Assembly: GCA_964645765.1 (NCBI GenBank)
Contig: CAZYBE010000007.1
Span: 2,644-66,643, forward strand
From: an uncultured Eubacteriales bacterium
GTDB taxonomy: Bacteria > Acidobacteriota > Aminicenantia > Aminicenantales > Aminicenantaceae
Reading direction: 5' to 3'
DNA length: 64,000 nt
Position numbers and translations under genes: made by a program. Under the pieces are notes generated by a model. It saw only the letters and a list, made by a program, of their open reading frames with translations. It was not told where the DNA came from and ran no database searches. Positions within the stretch are counted from its first letter, which is position 1. Every line of letters begins with the position of its first letter. Shown here in pieces: positions 18,763 to 28,143 of this stretch.

Positions 18763-21372
18763 ATGAAAAAAAGATTCATCATTCAAGCCTTTGCTTTTTT
18801 GCTCCTTTTCCTTCTCTTAGCCTTTGAAGCTCGCTCGCAGGAAGATGCTGCGACCGGGCTGGTCGCTCAGATGCAAAAGTCCTTGAACGAGAGAGACATT
18901 CCGGCTTACCTGGAGAATTTCGAAGAGGAGCTCAGGGCCAAAGAGGAGGCAAGCATAAAAAGCAGGTTCGATCAATTCCTGATGGACAGCGTGACTTTGT
19001 ACAAAGCCGGGAAGCTGAGCCAGACCGCAGATGAAACAAAAATATTTCTTCAGGCTCTGTTTCAGAACTCTTTTTCAGTGATTATTGAAAACTGGCGGCT
19101 GAGCCTCATCGAGGTGGATGGACGATGGATGGTCAGCAAAAAGGACATCGTCGGGAGCGTCTCCACCCTTTATAAAATCAAAATCCCCTCTGAAAGGGCT
19201 GAAAGAGTCATGTCGATTGAAATCGAGCACGTGGATATGAAGCTCGTCTTTAAAGATGCCCTCGTCTTTTTTGACAACATTCCTGAGCTGGAAACAGCCT
19301 TGCTCGTCGTCGGTAAAGGTCATGTAACTTTTACTCCTTCAGACCCCGAAGAAAGACACCAGCTTGACCTCATCTATAAAAAAAGCTCTCTTGACGATGA
19401 GCTCTCCTGTGCCTATCTCAGGTTCTCCAGCTATTTTTTTCAGAATAACATCAGGATTGAAAAAGGCAAGGATGACCGCCAGGTTTCTGATTTAGAAAAA
19501 AACAACGCCTATTCTCTTTTTTCCAGGCATTATCCCAATTCCTTCACTATCGAACATTCCCTCAACAAGGAGCTGTATTCGACCTTGCCTCAAGGAGAAG
19601 AGGCTGCCATTGATTTTAATGGAAAGAAGTATGGGAACCTGACCTATATCTATACCCCTTTTTCAGATGAGGAGGTCCATCTTTATCGCTGGAAAGATGA
19701 GAAGATCATCAGCCTCTATTCGCCTTTCGTCGAAGACAAAAAGAAGAGAATGGTTGTGACTTTTGGCGAGATGTTCAATGTCACGAATTATAAAATTGAT
19801 GTTGATTTTAATCCCACGCAGTCTTTTCTTTCTGGAAAAGCAGAAGTTGAGATCAAGCCTAAGGTGGACTCCCTGGAAAGAGTCAAGCTTAAATTGAACT
19901 CCAAATTCGAAATTCTTCGTATCTATGACCAGGAGATGAATGAGCTTTTTTACAGCCGGGATAAATTGAGAGAGCTTCTTTATATTTACTTCATCAACCC
20001 TCCTTCTCGAGAGAGGCCTTGCACGATTGAGATTTTTTATCGAGGGAAAATTTCGCTTCCCGCGCAGGTTGAAGATTCCGTCAACCCCTATCAAGAGCAA
20101 CGCGAATCCCTTGTCTTCATTCCTCCAAAGTTTGACAGTTATCTCTTCACTCGACGCTCCTACTGGTATCCTTCTCCTTCAGATGATGATTATTTTACGG
20201 CAAGGTTGAGAATCATTGTTCCACCCGGATACAGCTGTGTTTCTAATGGTGATTTGATTGAGCAGGGCAAATTGGATAGAGCGGAGAGAGTCGAGGAAGT
20301 GGACAAAGTGGGGAGCTCTGTTTATATCTTCGAGACAAAATATCCTCTGAAATATCTCTCTTTTATTGTCGGAGACATCACCAAAGTCAAAGAAGATTCA
20401 GGCTCTCTCCCGCTCCAACTCTACTCCTCCTCTGAAATCTATTTTCAAAAGAGGGGCCTTGTCGAGGACGCCAAAAGGATTATTCAATTCTATGAAAGCA
20501 AGTTTGGGCCTTTTCCGTATGAGAAGTTGGGAATTGTCCAGAGAAATTGGTCTTCTAGCGGAGGGCACTCCTCCCCTTCCTTTATCGTTCTCAACGAGCT
20601 GCCCCAAGTCGCAGAAGGAGGGCATTATGTCAGTGTCCGGAGCCCCGTCGACCTCTCCCGCTGGAAAGAATATTTCATCGCTCACGAAATCGCCCACCAG
20701 TGGTGGGGGCAAGCTGTCACCTGGAAAACCTATCATGACCAATGGCTGAGCGAGGGATTGGCTCAATTTGCCGCGGCTCTCTATTTGAGAGAAAGCCATG
20801 GCCAGGACGCTTATTCCATTATCCTCAAGAGGTTCTCTCTATGGACGGAAAAATATTCAAAATGGGGTCCCATCAGCCTGGGCTCTCGCCTCAGCCTTTT
20901 TAATTTCAATGCTTACCAGTCCATCATTTATAACAAAGCTTCTCTGGTGTTAAATCTGCTTAAAGATTTTCTGGGCGAGGAAGTTTTCTTTGGGGGATTA
21001 AGAGAATTTTTTGAAAAATACAAATATAACACAGCCGGCACCCGAGATTTTCAGAGAATCATGGAAAATGTTTCAGGAAAAGACCTGACAATTTTCTTCA
21101 AGCATTGGTTTTCGTCCTATCTTCTTCCGGAACTCAAAGTTGCCCATTCTGTGAAAAAGGAAAAGGATGGATTGGTCCTGGAAGTCAGAGTGACCCAGCT
21201 CAGGGAGCAATTTGTTTTTCCGCTGTGGATAGAGTGGATGGAGAAGGGAGAGAAAGTCAGGAAAGTGCTCATTGTTGATGACAAGACTAAGGTTTTTGAG
21301 TTTAGGTTAGGGGAAAAACCGCAGAAGATAAGAGTGAATCCTGATAAAGCCCTGCCAGGAAAATTGTTATAG
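18763..21372 (+). CDS. Secreted M1-family zinc aminopeptidase (aminopeptidase N-like)
   Basis: 869 aa with a signal peptide. HEIAHQWWG ... WLSEGLAQF zinc-binding HExxH-x18-E signature. Confidence 0.8.
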   Translation: MKKRFIIQAFAFLLLFLLLAFEARSQEDAATGLVAQMQKSLNERDIPAYLENFEEELRAKEEASIKSRFDQFLMDSVTLYKAGKLSQTADETKIFLQALFQNSFSVIIENWRLSLIEVDGRWMVSKKDIVGSVSTLYKIKIPSERAERVMSIEIEHVDMKLVFKDALVFFDNIPELETALLVVGKGHVTFTPSDPEERHQLDLIYKKSSLDDELSCAYLRFSSYFFQNNIRIEKGKDDRQVSDLEKNNAYSLFSRHYPNSFTIEHSLNKELYSTLPQGEEAAIDFNGKKYGNLTYIYTPFSDEEVHLYRWKDEKIISLYSPFVEDKKKRMVVTFGEMFNVTNYKIDVDFNPTQSFLSGKAEVEIKPKVDSLERVKLKLNSKFEILRIYDQEMNELFYSRDKLRELLYIYFINPPSRERPCTIEIFYRGKISLPAQVEDSVNPYQEQRESLVFIPPKFDSYLFTRRSYWYPSPSDDDYFTARLRIIVPPGYSCVSNGDLIEQGKLDRAERVEEVDKVGSSVYIFETKYPLKYLSFIVGDITKVKEDSGSLPLQLYSSSEIYFQKRGLVEDAKRIIQFYESKFGPFPYEKLGIVQRNWSSSGGHSSPSFIVLNELPQVAEGGHYVSVRSPVDLSRWKEYFIAHEIAHQWWGQAVTWKTYHDQWLSEGLAQFAAALYLRESHGQDAYSIILKRFSLWTEKYSKWGPISLGSRLSLFNFNAYQSIIYNKASLVLNLLKDFLGEEVFFGGLREFFEKYKYNTAGTRDFQRIMENVSGKDLTIFFKHWFSSYLLPELKVAHSVKKEKDGLVLEVRVTQLREQFVFPLWIEWMEKGEKVRKVLIVDDKTKVFEFRLGEKPQKIRVNPDKALPGKLL

Positions 21373-21414
21373 TTCCCTTTGAGTTAGGCCCTTCCCCCAG
21401 GCTTCGTATTGTAA

Positions 21415-21700
21415 GGCGAAGGCGGATTGCTTCGAGAGCCGTATGAAAGGCTGAGCGGGCATGGTTCCTCGACCGAAGGGAGAGGAGAGACCTTGGAGGG
21501 GGAACCGCTTCGCGTTCCCCCTTCCAACGCTTCTGCTGCCTCCCCTTCTCGGACGCTTAAAAGCGTCCTGCGACCAAGGGGTCATACCCCCTTGGAACCC
21601 CCGCTGCTTTGCCGATGGGCAAAGCAGCGAAGCCTTGAATCGAGCCGCTTTTGCCTCGCTGGGGCAAAAGCGGCGTGCTTTCGAAGCAATCCGCCTGAGC
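21415..21700. repeat. Structured intergenic repeat element, copy B (extended, with four extra hairpin modules)
   Basis: Termini GGCGGATTGCTTCGA / TCGAAGCAATCCGCC. Shares the core GAAAGGCTGAGCGGGCATGGTTCCTCGACCGAAGGGAGAGGAGAG and the GCCGCTTTTGCCTCGCTGGGGCAAAAGCGGCGTG arm hairpin. Internal insert carries the hairpins GGGGGAAC/GTTCCCCC, GGACGC/GCGTCC, CCAAGGGG/CCCCTTGG and GCTGCTTTGCC/GGCAAAGCAGC. Confidence 0.6.
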
Positions 21701-21704
21701 CGAT

Positions 21705-23090
21705 TCAGGAGAGATTGGTGATATCGATATGCAGCCTTTTAATCATCTCATTCAGGGTGGTGGGCTTGACTCCCAAGAGGCTGGCAGCCTTTTTCTGAAC
21801 TCCTTTTGACTTGGCCAAGGCACTGATGATGGCTTTTTTCTGGAGGGATTGAATGTGTTCCCTGAGAGTGTGCTCGTTATCGGCCTGGGAGAATATTTTT
21901 TTCTCATCTTGAGAGGATAAGAGGAAAGGGGGAAGACTCTCTCTGCTGATGATTTTGGACTTGGTCAGGACAACGGCTCTCTCAATCAGGTTTTCCAATT
22001 CTCTGATGTTTCCCGGCCAGTTGTAGTTGATGAAAATTTCCATCACGTCTTCGGTGACACCAGTGATTTCTTTTTTGTTTTCTTTTCCGTAGATCGTGAG
22101 AAAATGTCTGACAAGAAGGGGAATATCCTCTTTTTTTTCCCGGAGCGGCGGGAGCACGATTTTTATGACATTCAGTCGGTAGAAAAGGTCTTGGCGGAAT
22201 CTCTTCTGTCCGATCAGCTCTTCCAGGTCGGCGTTGGTGGCAGCGATGACTCTAGCGTCGACTTTGATCGTTTTTGTCCCTCCCAATCTCATGAACTCTT
22301 TTCCCTGCATCACCCGCAGCAACTTCGCCTGGGTCTCTGGATTGAGGGAGGATATTTCATCAAAAAAGATTGTTCCTCTGTCAGCTGCCTCGAAGAGGCC
22401 CTGTTTATGACTGACAGCTCCGGTGAAGGCTCCTTTGACATGGCCGAAGAGGTGACTTTCCAGAAGGTCCGGCGGAAGGGAGCCGCTGTTGACGATGATG
22501 AAGGGGAATGCGGCCCGGTCGCTGTTTTGGTGGAGGGCTCTTGAAACGAGTTCCTTTCCTGTCCCGCTTTCGCCTTCGAGCAAAATGGTGCTTCGAGTCG
22601 GGGCAACGGCTTTTATCACCTCGAAGACGTCCTGCATGACTTTGCTTTTTCCGATGATATTTTCAAAGCTGAACTTCCTTTTGAGCTCGTCTTTCAAGCG
22701 GAGGTTTTCTTCCTGGAGTTTTTTATGCTCCAATGCTCTTTTGACCGTCAAGAGCAGCTCATCATGCTTGAAAGGCTTCTGGACGTAATCAAAGGCTCCG
22801 CTCTTCATCGCTGAAATGGCTGATTCCACGGAGGCGTAGGCGGTGATGATGATGATGGCGGCCTGGGGGTCAGCCTTCCTCAGATTTTTAAGGACTTCTA
22901 TTCCATCCAGTCCAGGCATGAGCAGGTCCAGAAGAACGAGGTCAAAAGGCTGGGAAGCGTGCTTTTCAAGAGCCACTTCGCCGCTCAGGGATTTTTCAAC
23001 TTCATAGCCTTCAGAGGTTAAGAGCTCTCCCAGAACTTCATGGATGATTTGCTCGTCATCGATGATGTGGATTTTCTCTTTTTTTTCCAT
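21705..23090 (-). CDS. Sigma-54-dependent response regulator (NtrC/PilR-like)
   Basis: 461 aa. Receiver domain, AAA+ sigma-54 interaction domain (GESGTGKE, GAFTGA) and C-terminal Fis-type HTH. Confidence 0.85.
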   Translation of the reverse strand: MEKKEKIHIIDDEQIIHEVLGELLTSEGYEVEKSLSGEVALEKHASQPFDLVLLDLLMPGLDGIEVLKNLRKADPQAAIIIITAYASVESAISAMKSGAFDYVQKPFKHDELLLTVKRALEHKKLQEENLRLKDELKRKFSFENIIGKSKVMQDVFEVIKAVAPTRSTILLEGESGTGKELVSRALHQNSDRAAFPFIIVNSGSLPPDLLESHLFGHVKGAFTGAVSHKQGLFEAADRGTIFFDEISSLNPETQAKLLRVMQGKEFMRLGGTKTIKVDARVIAATNADLEELIGQKRFRQDLFYRLNVIKIVLPPLREKKEDIPLLVRHFLTIYGKENKKEITGVTEDVMEIFINYNWPGNIRELENLIERAVVLTKSKIISRESLPPFLLSSQDEKKIFSQADNEHTLREHIQSLQKKAIISALAKSKGVQKKAASLLGVKPTTLNEMIKRLHIDITNLS

Positions 23091-23092
23091 TT

Positions 23093-25975
23093 TTATGCTG
23101 CCGAAATTTTATTCGTTTTTTTCTTGTCCAGATCCTTTGGAATATATATGGTGAAGAGAGAGCCTTTTCCCCGTTCGCTTTCCACAGTGATCTGTCCTTC
23201 ATGCTCTTTAATGATGGCATAGCTGATGGAAAGGCCGAGGCCAGTCCCTTTCCCCAGTCCTTTGGTGGTAAAGAATGGGTCAAAGATATGTGGCAAGTGC
23301 TGGTCCTTGATCCCGGTTCCTGTGTCCTCAATTTTTATCATGGCCTGGTTTGAATTCTCGCTGAGCGAGATTCTCAGAGTCCCGCCGTTGGGCATGGCAT
23401 CGATGGCGTTGAGGATGATGTTGATGAAGACTTGTTGGAGCTGTTCTCCCTGTGCCCAGAGGGGCCGAAGCTTCTCAAGTTTCAACTCCAGATTGATATT
23501 CATCGTTTTCAGCTTGTATCTAATCAGGGAGACGATCTCCTGCAGGTTGTCCTTGAGGTCAACTTTATGGAAAGATGATTCTGAAGGATTTCGAGCAAAG
23601 TTGAGGAGGTTTTTGATGATGCTGGCCACTCTTTCAGTTTGGGCTTCAATCTTTTCCAGGATTTGGCCATGAGGAGATTTGGAGAGCTTCTTCTGAAGGA
23701 TCTGGACATAGCTTGAAATTCCGGTCAAGGGCGTATTGATTTCATGAGCAACACCAGCAGAGAGGAGACCGATGGAAGCAAGTTTCTCTGAAGTCAGCAG
23801 CTGCTGCTGGAGAGATATTTTTTCTGTTATTTCCTCAAAGACGACGACCGTCCCGTAAGGGTTCATTCTGTTATCGAGGAGTGGAGTCTTGGCGATGTCG
23901 AATATTTTTTTCTCATTGGGTGCTATATCCAGGGTGATTTCGCTCAAGAGGCGAAAATCCTGCTGGCTTTCAAGAGGAAAGAGGGCTGAGAAATTTTTCG
24001 CTCCCAAGACTTCCATCAGAGTTTTGTTCACGACGATTTCTTTTTTCAGAGAAAAAGTTTCCTCAAGCACCCGATTCCAGCCAATGATTCTTCCTTGCTG
24101 GTCAAGGACGGCGACTCCAACAGTCAGGCTTTCGATGATGTTCTCGCTGTAATCTTTGAGCCTTCCCAGTTCCATGGCCCTGATGCTGGCCTGGTCGTAG
24201 AGATAGGCGTTTTCAAGGGCTAACGCCACTGGGGAAGAAATGGTGGTGAGAAGCTCCCAATCTTCGCTGTTGAGAAACCTGTTATCAACTTTCTTGCCCA
24301 TGGCCAGACAGCCGATGATGTTCTCTTCGACTTTCAAAGGCAAGTAATGGAAATAGGTCGAGGAGGAAAGACTTTCAAAATTCTTCTGGAGTTCTTTTCG
24401 CTCGGCAAAAGAATAAGAGGAAAGAAACTCTTTTTCTTTCAGCTCTTGATAGAGAGAGTCGTCAAAAGTAATTTTGTCTTCGCTCGACGACGATTGCCCT
24501 CTGGATTTCAGGATGGAGAATGAATTTTTTTCAGCGTCCACTGGAAGGAGAAGGGCTATGCACTTAAGAGAGAGGGCGTTGGCAATCAATTCCAGGAGAG
24601 ATTGGGAGAGTTTCTGGAGATTTCTCTCTCGACTGAGTTCTTTGCTTATCGAAAGAAGAGTCTTTCGGTATTGATAAGTCCTTTTATAAAAAGCCCTGTC
24701 CAGGATGGACTGGAAAAGTTTTTTCAACGGGGTGAAAAGCGTTGCCCCCAGAATAATGGCCAGGATTCCTAAAAAGAAAGCGTTGAGCTTGTTTTCGAGT
24801 GAAATTTTTGTCTGGGAAGTGGCGATGAAATAGATGATGGCCAAGATCACAGAGGAGGAAACCAGGGTCACGGCCTTCTTGAGAAGGAGCTCAAAATCCA
24901 TCAGCCTGTGCCTGGAAATGGAGTAGGAGAAAGTCAGAGGAATGAGGGCCTGGAGGATGACGGTGAGTTCCGCTGCTCTGGAAGGAATATGATTGAAGAG
25001 GAAAGGAATGATGTAGAAAAGGGTGAAGGGAATGATGCCAAGGCCGAGACCGTAGGCAATCCACCTCAGCTGTTTTTTGACCATCAGGTTTGAAGGCATG
25101 ACCGTGCTGTGGAGGATGGTCAACAAGGTCGCGATGGAAAAGATGGCAAAGTGGAGAAGACCCAGCTTCTCCGATGTGTCATGCAAACCGAGCATGAGGA
25201 CATCACTTGAATTCCGGAACATAGGAAGATGGAAGGATATTTTTAGCAAGAGAAGGGCTAAGCCAGGAAGGTAAAGGAAGAAGATTGAAGACGGCTTGGT
25301 TTTTAAAAATATTTTTCTTTGAGGGAAGATAGTGAAGAAATGAAGGAGTAGAGGAGGGAAGACCAGAAAGGAGATGCTGTCAAGCCAGTAGAAAAGGCTA
25401 TCCAGCTTGTCGAGCCTTCCTGTGGAAGAGAAGACGTCAAAGGAGTAAAAAACCAAAGAGATGAAGTAGAAGAAAACGTAAGGCATGGTAAAGGGCTTCT
25501 TTGAATTGATGAAAACAATCAAGCCTATGACCAGCGTGGTTAAGCCGATGAAAGCCAGAAAGAAGTAGATGACATTGACCCGTTTCTGCGCCAGATAGAA
25601 GGAGGGCGGGATGAGCTCTCCTTCTCTGATAATTTGGTATCTGACTTTTTGATTCGGGCTTGAAGCTTGCCATAGATTCTTTGCCAACTCTATTTTGTTT
25701 TTGACGGGATTGTTGTTGATGGATAAGAGGACGGTTCCTTTCTTGATGCCGTTCAAATAGCCAGGGCTATTGACATCAACTTTAATTGCGGTCAAACCTT
25801 GGGGTCTTTCGTCCCAGATAACGCCATCTGTCGGCTCTGTCCAAGTCGCCTTTTTATAGACATTCAGTCCACCCAATAGGAGAAGGATGAGGACGAAAAG
25901 CATGGCCGTGGAAATTTTGATTTTCTCCAGGAAGTTCTTTCTCCCTTTTTCTGATAATCCAAAAAATTGAATCAT
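23093..25975 (-). CDS. Multi-domain sensor histidine kinase (PilS-like partner of the sigma-54 regulator)
   Basis: 960 aa. N-terminal periplasmic and polytopic membrane region, GAF/PAS-like domains, HisKA (HEINTPLTGI) and HATPase_c (GTGLGLSI). Confidence 0.8.
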   Translation of the reverse strand: MIQFFGLSEKGRKNFLEKIKISTAMLFVLILLLLGGLNVYKKATWTEPTDGVIWDERPQGLTAIKVDVNSPGYLNGIKKGTVLLSINNNPVKNKIELAKNLWQASSPNQKVRYQIIREGELIPPSFYLAQKRVNVIYFFLAFIGLTTLVIGLIVFINSKKPFTMPYVFFYFISLVFYSFDVFSSTGRLDKLDSLFYWLDSISFLVFPPLLLHFFTIFPQRKIFLKTKPSSIFFLYLPGLALLLLKISFHLPMFRNSSDVLMLGLHDTSEKLGLLHFAIFSIATLLTILHSTVMPSNLMVKKQLRWIAYGLGLGIIPFTLFYIIPFLFNHIPSRAAELTVILQALIPLTFSYSISRHRLMDFELLLKKAVTLVSSSVILAIIYFIATSQTKISLENKLNAFFLGILAIILGATLFTPLKKLFQSILDRAFYKRTYQYRKTLLSISKELSRERNLQKLSQSLLELIANALSLKCIALLLPVDAEKNSFSILKSRGQSSSSEDKITFDDSLYQELKEKEFLSSYSFAERKELQKNFESLSSSTYFHYLPLKVEENIIGCLAMGKKVDNRFLNSEDWELLTTISSPVALALENAYLYDQASIRAMELGRLKDYSENIIESLTVGVAVLDQQGRIIGWNRVLEETFSLKKEIVVNKTLMEVLGAKNFSALFPLESQQDFRLLSEITLDIAPNEKKIFDIAKTPLLDNRMNPYGTVVVFEEITEKISLQQQLLTSEKLASIGLLSAGVAHEINTPLTGISSYVQILQKKLSKSPHGQILEKIEAQTERVASIIKNLLNFARNPSESSFHKVDLKDNLQEIVSLIRYKLKTMNINLELKLEKLRPLWAQGEQLQQVFINIILNAIDAMPNGGTLRISLSENSNQAMIKIEDTGTGIKDQHLPHIFDPFFTTKGLGKGTGLGLSISYAIIKEHEGQITVESERGKGSLFTIYIPKDLDKKKTNKISAA

Positions 25976-25999
25976 GTTGGCAAAAAATATATGGATGGC

Positions 26000-26275
26000 T
26001 TAGTCTAAGATATGTCTTTTTCCAGCTCTCACCGCCCATTTTGCGCTGGACTGCTTCAGAAGCTTCTTCAACGTCAAATCTTCTTTTAGCCCCAGAGGGT
26101 TTGTGTTTCTGGAGAGAAAGGTGCTCATATAGTCGTAATTGGGTTTTTTGGCCGGAGCGGTCTGAGGCTCAGGCGCTGAGTTTTTCGAAAGGGATAATCC
26201 CTTTAAGGCCAGGCTCTTATAGAAAAAGGCGAGGAGGAGAAACAGGAGGACAACCACCCAAATCTTTTTTTTCAC
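26000..26275 (-). CDS. Small hypothetical secreted protein
   Basis: 91-aa ORF with a hydrophobic signal-like N-terminus (MKKKIWVVVLLFLLLAFF). No recognisable domain. Confidence 0.3.
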   Translation of the reverse strand: MKKKIWVVVLLFLLLAFFYKSLALKGLSLSKNSAPEPQTAPAKKPNYDYMSTFLSRNTNPLGLKEDLTLKKLLKQSSAKWAVRAGKRHILD

Positions 26276-26341
26276 AGTCTTAAAAATAAATCTTTCAATT
26301 TAAATTGTCAATATATGGGTTAGCATCTTTTTTTCCATGAT

Positions 26342-26586
26342 GGAAAACCGCGTTATGGCTCAGGCTGGGTGTTTCGAAAACACGCAGGCTTTGCATCACC
26401 AAGCTAAGGCAGAGTGGCGAGGAAGCCGTGTGAAAGGCGGAGCGGGCACGGTTCCTCGACCGAAGGGAGAGGAGAGCGAAGCCTTGAACCGAGTCGCTTT
26501 TGCCTCGCTGGGGCAAAAGCGGCGTGCCTTCGAATCACTCTGCCGGAGCCATTCAAACGGTTTTCTTAAACACCCAGCCTGAGCCT
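26342..26586. repeat. Structured intergenic repeat element, copy C
   Basis: Termini GGCTCAGGCTGGGTGTTT / AAACACCCAGCCTGAGCC and GAAAACCG / CGGTTTTC. Same core and CCGCTTTTGCC arm hairpin as copies A, B and D. Confidence 0.6.
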
Positions 26587-26804
26587 TTCACATCACGGAT
26601 TCGTGGATGGTTCCAATATATGGCAGCAAGTGACTTTTTTGATTGGGCAGAAAAAATAAACAATAAGGTTCATTTTAAATTAAATATCACCTCTTTAGAG
26701 TATATAAAACTCACCTTAAAAGCTGATTGACTTATTCTATATATATTTAATAAAATTACATTTAAAATAGATAAAAATACAGAGTTTTTGAAAATAGCCG
26801 CGGG

Positions 26805-26892
26805 AAAAAAGGGGACAGTCCCTTTTTTTCGTCGCGGTGTCGTGTCATTGTAGCGACCATATATAAAAAAGGGGACTGTCCCCTTTTCTGAG
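26805..26892. terminator. Two tandem A-run/GC-palindrome/T-run hairpins (AAAAAAGGGGACAGTCCCTTTTTTT and AAAAAAGGGGACTGTCCCCTTTT)
   Basis: Palindromes flanked by A and T tracts in the AT-rich region upstream of pilC. They have the form of bidirectional intrinsic terminators. A related GGGGACAGC..GCTGTCCCC hairpin occurs at 52214. Confidence 0.35.
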
Positions 26893-26934
26893 CGGAAGAG
26901 GAAATGCTCACTGACAGATCATCGACTTAAAAAG

Positions 26935-28143
26935 ATGCCTTATTATTTTTGTCGCTTGGCCGGTGAAGATGGAAAGGTATTCAGCGAATCCTATCTTTCC
27001 TCTTCCCGGGATGAATGCCGAAAGCATTTCGAGCAGCGGGGTTTCTGCATCCTGTCTGTCAAAAAAGACTGGAAGAAACTCACGATTCCCACTCAGGTTT
27101 TTGGAAAGAAGATTAAAGACAAGGATATCATCATGTTTAACCAGGAGCTTGTGGCTCTCATCCGAGCAGGCTATCCTGTGCTCCGCTCGATTGAAATCAT
27201 CGGCAGCCGGGTGAAGAGCATCCATCTCCAAGAGCTATTGGTGAAGGTCGAGAATGAGATTAGACAAGGAAAATCCCTGTCAGAAGCCTTTGCTCCCTTT
27301 GAGAGAGTTTTTACTCCGGTTTACACGGCCTCTCTTATGGCTGGAGAGCGAAGCGGAAACTTGGTCGGCACGATCAGCCGCTATATCGATTATGCCAAGA
27401 ATATTTCCCAGACAAAATCCAGGGTGAAGTCTGCTCTGACTTATCCGGCCCTTCTCCTCATCTTTGCTCTTATTCTTATCGGCATTTTAGTCAATTTTAT
27501 CCTTCCTCGGTTTTCCGAGTTTTATGCCGATTTTCAATCTCAACTTCCGGGCATAACCCGGGGGCTTGTCTCTTTTTCTTTGGCCGCAAGGAAAAATATT
27601 TTTTTCTTGCTCGGTTTTGTCATTTTACTTGTCTTAATCTATCTTCGGCTCAAAAAGAGTGAGAGATTCCTTGCCTTTCGAGATAAACTCAAGATTAAAT
27701 CCCCTTACGGAGGGCCAATCTGGCTAGAAGGCGGGATTGCCCTTTTCAATCGGACGCTGAGCCTTCTTCTCGGAGCAGGAATCACGCTCCTCCAGTCCAT
27801 CGGCATTGCCATTCAAGCTGTTCCTAATAAATTTCTCATCCAAAGAATGAGAAATCTGCCTGACCATATCAAGGACGGGAATAGCCTATCGGATTCCCTC
27901 TCCAAGGCAGGAGTTTTTCCTACGCTTTCCATAGACATGATTCGAATCGGGGAGACATCCGCCAACCTGGAAGGCATGCTGAGAGATGTGGCCGAGCTCT
28001 ATGAGGAGAGGATAAGAGCAAAAATCGATAATTTTGTTTCCCTCATTCAGCCCGTCATCATCATTTTCATGGGTCTCGTTGTGGCCGCCATGCTCCTCTC
28101 GGTTTATCTCCCTATTTTTAATATAATAAGAGTTGTACGATGA
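26935..28143 (+). CDS. pilC: Type IV pilus inner-membrane platform protein PilC (GspF family)
   Basis: 402 aa with two GspF-type repeats and three transmembrane segments. Confidence 0.85.
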   Translation: MPYYFCRLAGEDGKVFSESYLSSSRDECRKHFEQRGFCILSVKKDWKKLTIPTQVFGKKIKDKDIIMFNQELVALIRAGYPVLRSIEIIGSRVKSIHLQELLVKVENEIRQGKSLSEAFAPFERVFTPVYTASLMAGERSGNLVGTISRYIDYAKNISQTKSRVKSALTYPALLLIFALILIGILVNFILPRFSEFYADFQSQLPGITRGLVSFSLAARKNIFFLLGFVILLVLIYLRLKKSERFLAFRDKLKIKSPYGGPIWLEGGIALFNRTLSLLLGAGITLLQSIGIAIQAVPNKFLIQRMRNLPDHIKDGNSLSDSLSKAGVFPTLSIDMIRIGETSANLEGMLRDVAELYEERIRAKIDNFVSLIQPVIIIFMGLVVAAMLLSVYLPIFNIIRVVR

